Of a stretch of DNA of 64,000 bases, positions 54,835 through 64,000 are shown one piece after another. The stretch comes from Eledone cirrhosa (lineage: Eukaryota). Position numbers and translations under genes: made by a program. The stretch lies in contig OZ024745.1 in the NCBI GenBank assembly GCA_964016885.1, positions 34,472,001 to 34,536,000 on the forward strand. The letters run 5' to 3'. The notes beneath the pieces are model-generated. The model was not told the origin of the DNA. It saw nothing but the letters and a program-made list of their open reading frames with translations, and did no database searches. Within the stretch, counting starts at the first letter, position 1. Each line of letters opens with the position of its first letter.

Positions 54835-54872
<38 letters not shown>

Positions 54873-55913
54873 TTACTACTACTACTACTACTACTACTAC
54901 TACGTCGTCGTTGTCGTCATCAAACTAAAAACTAATGTCCACCTTAGTCCTTTGCTATGAAGGTATTTATTCTATCGCTTATCCATTCTCTTATGCTATT
55001 TCTTAAATTATTGATTATTTTCAAAATTATTTGAAAATTACAGGCAATGTCTCTCATTTGAAATATGGTAACAAAAGGGTTAAGATGACAAACACATTCA
55101 TGAGCACACGCATACTGACATCACCATACAACTTTCCACCAGCGTATTCACCATTAACACTGTCATAACCACATTCATTGTTACCACCATATATGCTGTC
55201 ATCACCAAGAACATTGTCATCACTACTTATTCAATCATCATGATGCACATTGTCATCACAACATACGCTGATTGTTCTTCATGTATGACTGTATGATTAA
55301 GAAATTCTCCTCACAATCACATAGTTTTTTAGTTAATTTAACTCTTTTGATTTTAATCAGCCTTGTATTCTACAATACAAAGCAATATACTTTAAAATGT
55401 TTGTATTTATCTGAAAGGTTTCTACCATAATGTTATGTAAAGATATGTCTTACGCTGTGTTCCAAACAGCTTTAGAATGAGTAAGTTAGTTCTATCACTA
55501 AATCCATCAAAATTCAACATTATTATTATTTTATTTCAATACAATTTTCAAAATTATTTGAAAATATAATGACATGTTTTTCCTTAGAAATACGGTACCG
55601 AAATGGTAAAAGATTAATGTTATACGGTGTTCTACAATTCTTTTTCGGATTTTCCTTGCAATAACGTAGAGAGCAACACAGACATAGACACAAGAATAGA
55701 CACATTAAAACGTACAAACAACCACATACTCACACATCTATATTTACACACATGTACACTTCTACAATCGTGCATCTTTCCATGTAAAGTTATTTCTTTC
55801 GATATGGTGAGAACAATAATTATCTGTCTTTCTACTCTGTTTAATAATATTTGTCCATTTTTCTATGGTCTTGCATACATACATATTTACAAACATATAC
55901 AAACACACACCCA

Positions 55914-56006
<93 letters not shown>

Positions 56007-57161
56007 CTTACACATCCTCCCCCCCAACACATATATATGTGTGTGTGTGTGTGTGTGAATGTGTGTAAGTATGTATCTATATGTATATATGTGTGTGTTT
56101 GTGTGTTAGTATATGTCTGCATGTATGTATGTAAGCATGTATGTATATATGAATGTATGTATGTATTTTGTGTGCAGTTATCATTATTTTATATAAATCT
56201 ATACACACGAGTGTAGCGTCTTTCTACAGCCATCCAAGCATTAAAACGATTGTAATTCGTTTCTTGTAATATATACAATACCAACAACTCTAATCACAAT
56301 TCATTTTCCACAGAAAAAAAGACTTAACACTACAATATCTGGAGCTACAATTACAACAGAAGAACATAATAAGATTTCTAAAAAATACAGAAAATAGTTA
56401 AAGAAATAATTACAACAGAAAAAATTCTCTTTATATTATTTCATTTAAGAAAATCATTATTTCGTTTAATACTTAGGTTGTATCTGTTATCTATTCAACA
56501 TACATTTCCCAACAGGTCTACAGTGATCTTTAGATATGAATTGAGTTACAGCATGGAATATTCCTAACAGTTTGTTTGCTTCTGTTCTCTTGTTATAATA
56601 ACAAAGCTTTGTTTCTATGAAATATATATTCATATATATTCCAACATAGCATTCCTTCGGGAGCAAGTCGATTTGGTTCTTTCATTCTTCCATGATATTA
56701 CTATGTGATGCTGTTCTTTACTATTATGACAATGTTATCCAGCTAAAGACACTTTAATGTTAATATTACAAGCATTACATTGAGAATCAAAATTATACAC
56801 ACACACACACACAAGCATGCATATGTGCGTTCGTGTGAGTATGTTTATGTGTGTGTATGTGTGTGTATGTATCTGTATAAATATATTTATATTTTTTCTT
56901 ACACAGCTCTATCTAACAACAAAATACAACAAAACTAGACTCGTCAAAACACATGACATAAAATACAATTATCTAAATAAATAAAATGAATAATAAAAGC
57001 AATCCCTATCCTGGTTTTACGAATATAAAATTCATTAGAACCCCCCCCCCCCCCACATCCCCTGTCACTCATAGTATTTCGTTCATGTTGAATTTTAGCT
57101 ACAAGAAAAAATTAGTACCATATTCTCTGTAGTGCTCTAGATACGGAAAACACCTTCGTGA

Positions 57162-57206
<45 letters not shown>

Positions 57207-57207
57207 C

Positions 57208-57252
<45 letters not shown>

Positions 57253-57253
57253 C

Positions 57254-57293
<40 letters not shown>

Positions 57294-57298
57294 TTATT

Positions 57299-57426
<128 letters not shown>

Positions 57427-58459
57427 CTTATACATATCTGAATACCATTCTGTTTAAGAATACAATGGAACCCCATTGAAAGTTGAATGTTAGACGTTTC
57501 TTTCTATTTCATTTCGTGAAACAGAAATAGTCCTCTAAGATACAACATTTATGCAGGACATTTGCAGAGCATTTATGGCACTTTTTAAATTCTAAAATAT
57601 TAGTATTACTATAAATACGTAAAGAAATGTAAGTATATTTTTGCTATTCTCTTTGCATACATATATATTGATGTATATAACTGAATATCACAAATTAACT
57701 ACAAATTGCCGCATTTCCGTATATCTAAAACTTTACATAAAGATACGAAAATGAATGATAATAAAATATGAAATTACAGAGATTATATTATATTCCATAG
57801 GATATTTTAAAGAAATTGTTATTTAAAATGTAGAAGAAATTCTGTGTTATATAATATTTTGACGTTATTCAAGTTTTTCTCCGTTATGACATAAAATTAA
57901 AACATTTTTTCCTATTGCATAATTGTTTCAGTGAAGTAATTTTGCTAGATGTTAACCTGGGCGTAAAAATTAGAGGTCAGTAAGCTTGATCTGGTAATTC
58001 TTGCAGAGAGAAATTAGTTGTTCTATGCGAATTGTCGGAGCCATTTTCCATTAAATGGTGCCTGGATATTGTGTTAAAATTAGGAGACTGGGAAATCTAC
58101 TAAGTATATTTGCTTTTTGACGACGGGTTGTGTTTAAATTTTTAGACATTCTGTTCCCATACATCACATTAATATTACAGCTGAATTATTTAAATTAATA
58201 TTATAGAATAATCATAGAATTAATATACGAATAATCTGATACACACATCATCCGAATACATACATAATCATTCACGAAATATGCACATAAAATTTAGATA
58301 TTAAATACTTTGAACACATTAACGTGGAGAGGTATTGTAACATTCATACATATATAAAATACAACCGTGGATTTACATATTCATAAAGACCTGTTCTGTC
58401 AGGCTTCATCTTGGGTTATACAATTAGTTTCATAATTTCTCTATACATATACACCTATG

Positions 58460-58851
58460 CAGGGCCGATGCTACTATTGCGACTAACTAGGTAGGTGCCT
58501 AGGGCGCATTGCTAAACATTAAAGCATCAGAGTTCTATTCAAATTTGTATAATTGAATCGTTGCCGCGTAGTAGCTATTGAAAAAATCATAAGGTGTGGA
58601 GAAGGTTGAATACTGTTATAACCGGTCTCATGATTTGGCATAGAGTGAAAGAGGAGTGCTTAGTGGAAAATTCAGGCTTAGTAATTTTCATAGTGTGGTC
58701 AGAGCACGAATTGTTAAAAACATTACCTTCGTAGGTTTACGAAACTGTATGTTGGAAATATTTTATTTGAGGGTATGTGGAGCATAACTGATGGAATGGG
58801 GCGCACATTGTATAGCTAGCCATTGGTGCTAAATACGCAAACTTCGGCTCA
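58460..58851. mobile_element. hAT-like MITE (family of 7120-7544)
   Basis: Ends CAGGGCCGA.../...TCGGCTCAG; collinear similarity to 7120-7544. Confidence 0.55.
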
Positions 58852-58892
58852 GCATACATACATACATACATACATACATACATACATACATA

Positions 58893-59183
58893 CATTTACG
58901 AAACAACAAGTACTATCCATTAATGGAACAGTAAAATATGTAAAACATTTCAAACATTCTGCATGTAATAACTGCATGTATACATCTACAGATACAAAAC
59001 ATATGCAATCATATAACTCAAAACTTCCACATGCACACATACATTAACATCCATAACTGCACAAATGCAGACATGCATACATATCTACCTAGTTGATGAT
59101 ATCTACATCCCAATGAAAGTCTAGATTCGGTATTAGAAACAGACTCTCTATTGGTAAACATTTATAAAATTATGAAACCAGAA
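58893..59183 (+). mobile_element. R4/Dong-like 3' fragment
   Basis: QVLSINGTVK... plus family 3'UTR ending AAACCAGAA-CATACATAC; between (TACA)n tracts. Confidence 0.8.
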
Positions 59184-59361
59184 CATACATACATTCATAC
59201 ATACATACATTCATACATACATATATACATACATACACACACACATACATACACTCACACATGCATACATACATACATACATACATACATACATACATAC
59301 ATACATACATACATACATACATACATACATACATACATACATACATACATACATACATACA

Positions 59362-59662
59362 TAGTTAGGAAATTACAGGTACAATCCGTTAATGATACAG
59401 TAAAAATATTTAAAACATTCCAAAAATGTTGCATCTAATAACTGCATATACACATGTACAGATACAAAAGCGCACATACAACTCAAAACATACACATCCA
59501 CACATACAATAACATCCATACACATGCATGTATGCAGACATTTATACATATCTACATAGTTGACGTTGTGTAAATTCCAATGAGGGAGTCTTGTATCTAT
59601 GTTAGAAATCGACTCTCTCTCTATTGGGAAAAATTTGTGAAATTATAAAACCAGAAGAACAT
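59362..59662 (+). mobile_element. R4/Dong-like 3' fragment
   Basis: VRKLQVQSVNDTVKIFKTFQKCCI plus 3'UTR ending AAACCAGAAGAA-CATACAT; preceded by (TACA)n. Confidence 0.85.
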
Positions 59663-60676
59663 ACATATACTCAGACACATATACAAACCTCCATAGACGA
59701 CCAACCCTCTTACCTCTCACTATCCAATCCCGACATAGCCATTTCATTCATTGATCGTTTCTATTCTTTTAATTACCTCCGTTGCTATTCAAATCCGCTA
59801 TTCAATATTTCTAATCTGATTCTCACTTTATAATCGCAACCCTATTCACACTCTTTCTCTCTACATTAGTTTTTATCTAAACCCCATTATCATAGATTAG
59901 TACTGAATCATATAAATCAGTGGTTTGATTCTTTATACTAATAATTTTTTGTCTAGAATAACTTTGATGAATAACTATTTGCTTTGTCTCACTAAAAGGT
60001 GCTTCTTTCTCAACTCCTACAATTTATCGAAATTCCTTTGATTCTCCACAGTTTTCTCTAATTTTCTGACGCAGTTTAATGGGAATGCTGGTTCTTGTTA
60101 ATGAAAGCTCACTTCTAACGCCTATTTAAAATACATCACATCCAAATTTAGATTTAGATATTCTTTCGAGAGGGTAGTATCGGATAGTAATAGGCCTCGG
60201 GCCTATGTATCAGATAGACTTCTCTGATATATGTATTTACCCTTAAATACATAAAATATAAATTGTTCAGTTATTAAAATGGTATAACTTCGTATATAAT
60301 TATTCTTAAAAAATACTCTATAGTACTCTATTTGTTTGTGTGTGTGTTTGTATGTATGTGTAAGTGTATGTATGTAGCTTTGTACGAAGGTATGTATGGA
60401 TAGCTTGATGGATAGATAGCTTTCGTTGTTATACGAATAACTTCACTCCTGTCAGTTGTTTACCAATATATCTTATCTCATCTTCTTTATAGTCATGTTC
60501 TTGATTACTATTACATCGTCAGCTTCTATAAACTAATTATCTAATTCACTTAATGATGAAACATATACGTCACAACGAACATTCATCGATCAGAGCATTG
60601 TCAACTATGTTGGTATGTTACATACTTGAGCATAAAGAAAGAAAATATAGCGCAAGCTATATATATATATATATGT

Positions 60677-60745
<69 letters not shown>

Positions 60746-60747
<2 letters not shown>

Positions 60748-60846
60748 TGGTGTCCAACAAAAATGTATAGGCTCTTTGATTACCTGTACAGGCAATATTT
60801 ATTTGAATACTGTTGAAGTATGTATACATTTTTGGAGGACACCCTG
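60746..60846. mobile_element. Tc1/mariner-type MITE (101 bp)
   Basis: TA-CATGGTGTCCAACAAAAATGTATA...TATACATTTTTGGAGGACACCCTG-TA: ~24-bp TIRs with TA TSD. Confidence 0.8.
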
Positions 60847-62449
60847 TATATATATATATTAATATATATATATATACATATATATGCAAAGAGAGAGGGG
60901 GATGGAAAGAGGGTGGGAGAGAAGAGGAGATAGATGAGGAGAGGGGAGAGGCATAGGATGAACGCTACTCGATTGTTCCATTAACTGCTGTTTCTCGTTC
61001 TGATCAGAGTTTCAGTTCCAGCAGATTGGTATTCAATCTAATTTGGATAAATAACCGGATTTATTTTCTATTGACAAGGCTCCGTTAATCTGTGTATTGT
61101 GTCAATCTGACATCTAAGTGACCCCTACACAATCACTGTACCTGGTAATATGACTAATACCATCCTACCACCACATATCATCACAATCGCCAACTCCAAT
61201 ATAACCAATATCATTAACACTACAAGTTCAACATCAACATAGAAACAATATAAATGGCATCAGGTTGAATGGAATATATCGCTTCATTTTATCTTTTTTC
61301 TTCTTCGTATATTCAATGAACAACGCGAATAGCAATATCTCAGTATGTAACTACTGTAACAAAGTTATATGTAGATATTAGATGCTTCTTTGCGTTTTAG
61401 GATGAGCGGCAAAGTTCCAAATGACAACAAAGGATGTTTACTTTTTAAAAGGACTGAGAGTAAATTACTTGATTCAATATATATTTCTGTGACGTTATCA
61501 ATAATAGAACACAGAATACAGAATACCCTGACGTATTTAACACTGCTTAGAAGGTATATTTGCCAGCAGCACACTAACTAATAGGTATATCAGAGAGAAG
61601 AGAAGTTTCTTTAACGGAAAGAAAACTAGATTTGGCAACTAGTTCTTTAACGTTTGTTTTTATATTAAAAATATACCAGATATTTTTTGTTATTTTTTTC
61701 TTCTTCGAAACTCTCTAAAAAGGAATACAAAAGAACCGGCGATCAGAGGATCAGACCCAGGAAGTAATTTCCTTATTGGTCTTTCCATTGCTGATAATAT
61801 CTACCAATTGCAACTCCTGACAGAAGGAAGGACGTGGGATTTGAACTCAGAACCCACAGAGCCGGATTAGATATCACAAAGCACCCTGTCCGACCTTTAA
61901 ACAATTTCACTAACTCAGCATCCCTAATATTGTACTTTATGTATCGACTATCAAAAGGAGTTGACTTGGGATAAATTTGAACTCAGAGCACAGTGAGGCG
62001 GAACAAATACTGACGTATTTAGTCTGAAAGCCCTAACTACTCAGCTAATTAGTCGCATAAGCACTCTCAAAATATAATATACATATAAGTGAAGGTTGAT
62101 ATACATGACATAGTACCGTAGCACATTCCAATCATCTCACTGGTAGTGATATGATGAAACATCAATTTAATTACTAACACCACTCAAGACAGGCGAAACA
62201 TAATTTTCTGAAAAATGTGTGGAAATAAGTGGTGGAAATATCAGTTATCTAGATCATTTGAATCTCCTCAAGACCGAGCTCTGCGAGTTGGACTGACTGT
62301 TTCAACGCACATTCCTCGTTATCTGTCAGGGTTACACATCCACCATTTTGTCCGCAGAGGCAATGAATCATCTGCTTGATGTACTGTGGTTTCCTTCGTT
62401 TATTATATTGATGAAATGATTTTGAACGCCAGACAAATGTTTTGGCGAT

Positions 62450-62615
62450 ATTTATGCAGGTTGTTTAGATTCTGATTTCAAATTCCACCGATGTCAACGT
62501 TTCTTTTTCTCCTTTCGAGATCGATAAAATAAAGTACCACTCAAGTGCTAGAGTCAATTTAATCGACTCCCCTCCCTGCGAGATTGATAGATTTGTACGT
62601 AATTTAGAAGCCATA
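62450..62615 (+). mobile_element. Old degenerate copy of main SINE (similar remnants at ~23215-23425, 24690-24790, 27325-27390)
   Basis: TTCAAATTCCACCGA...TCGATAAAATAAAGTACCA...TTTAATCGAC. Confidence 0.65.
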
Positions 62616-63920
62616 ATTTCTACAAAATATAAATATATCATTAAAAGTTAAACAGGAGTAGACTAGGCGCATTGAGTTGAATACACAACAGACAAAATTA
62701 GCGGTGAAATCACATTCAAGTAGTTTACATTTGTCGTAAAAAATTTCCTAATTAGTTATTTTTACGTCTCATTTCTACAATACTGAGAAGCCTCGCAGTG
62801 TATACCAATTAACGTTAAGGAAGCCAATATTCTGTCTCATACTCTCCTTCTTTGTTTGTCTTATTGTCTCTCTCTCTTTCACTCTCCCATTCCCACCCTA
62901 CCTTTTTTTTTCTTTTCAAATATTGCTTGATCACATTACTGACGATAAATTAGCGAGTTAAATAATTAAATTATATAAATAGAGTTAAATATTATAATCA
63001 GAAAAATGAAAAAATGAAAGTTGTTTCCTGCCTGGTGTCGTATAGAGCAATTCGAACCTTGGATATCACCGGTTGTATCTGATTTTAGTATTCTTATTGA
63101 ATCTCCACGTTAAGTGTTTATGTGGAATGGATTTATGTCAGTTTCAACGATATGTATTCTAGCTGTTCGATCAACATAACAACATGCTCAGGAAATTAAG
63201 GTGAAAGTGGATGAGCACTCCACAGATACGTGTGTCTTTAATGTAATGTGTGACACAATACCTGACCCTTTGAGTTAAAACTTCTGTCCACGCGACGAGC
63301 TTCCAAACCGTTTCCACTTACCCAATTCTCATACAAGCTATGGGTCGATCCGCGGCTATTTTAAATGTCACTTAAGCCAGATGTAGGACAATGGGATTAA
63401 ACTCGGTACTTAATGATTGCAAAATGAACTTGTTAACCCTTTAGTTATGTTGTGTCAACTAGTTTATAATGTATTGTGTGTAGGAAGATGGGTTCTATTA
63501 TTTGTTATATTATTTGAGATTAGAAGTCAATAAATAAAATACCACTGAACTACAGAGAGAGATTGAGAGAAAATGAGAGAGGGGATCCTCTCTCATTTTC
63601 TCTCCATCTCTCTCTCTACCTCTCCCTTTTTCTCGATCTCTCTTTCTCCATTTCTTTCTTCAGACCTGGAGACGAACGAGCTTCGTCAGGGTTTAAAGGT
63701 TCAAGAGGCAATGTGAATCATGACCGCGCTCCTACGATTCTATCAATAGTTCGTGGTTAAGAAGAAAACGATAGAATATCGTCACATTTTCAGTGAAAAA
63801 AAAACTGTTTTACTATCCTCAGAAGCTTAGCAACATTGAGCTAATCCCTAAGGTTCAGAAAGAAGACCATTAAGCATTCTTTGTCTCAAACGTTAACTTA
63901 TTCTTTCTTTTTGTCTTCAG

Positions 63921-64000
63921 ATAAAAGCAAAAGAAATAGTTACATTTGATGAAGATGAGAAAATAATGGAAATAAATTCACGTAATCTAATAGACGAAGC
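63921..64000 (+). CDS. Possible host-gene exon running off the window end
   Basis: Strong acceptor TTCTTTCTTTTTGTCTTCAG, then an open, non-repetitive frame IKAKEIVTFDEDEKIMEINSRNLIDE. Confidence 0.3.
   Translation, partial: MKAKEIVTFDEDEKIMEINSRNLIDE

Noticed and set aside
54685-54960. 91-aa ORF with poly-Tyr
   Set aside because: Extended by a (TAC)n microsatellite; no recognisable domain.
56314-56400. Possible exon after TTTTCCACAG
   Set aside because: Frames stop within ~30 codons and there is no convincing donor.

Overview
Animal (eukaryotic) non-coding DNA: AT-rich and saturated with (TA)n, (CA)n, (GA)n, (TACA)n and (TATC)n microsatellites. Its tRNA-derived SINE families resemble those of octopus genomes (inference). 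Most ORFs in the supplied track are microsatellite read-throughs, and no host gene can be called with confidence. The window is a graveyard of retroelements: three Penelope-like elements (PLEs; one with a 424-aa RT-thumb/Zn-linker/GIY-YIG ORF), a Tx1/L1-clade LINE, an R4/Dong-like RLE LINE family, RTE fragments, more than 10 SINEs and several DNA-transposon MITEs. The most striking layer is RNA-structural. About a dozen unrelated (TA)n-embedded inserts carry hammerhead ribozyme (HHR) cores, and many of them are fold-back palindromes. A near-perfect 4.85 x 310-bp tandem array (36877-38380) carries an intact minimal type I HHR in every unit, inside a fully structured monomer. It looks like the genomic cDNA of a circular retrozyme RNA. 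All folds were paired by eye and coordinates are approximate to a few bases.
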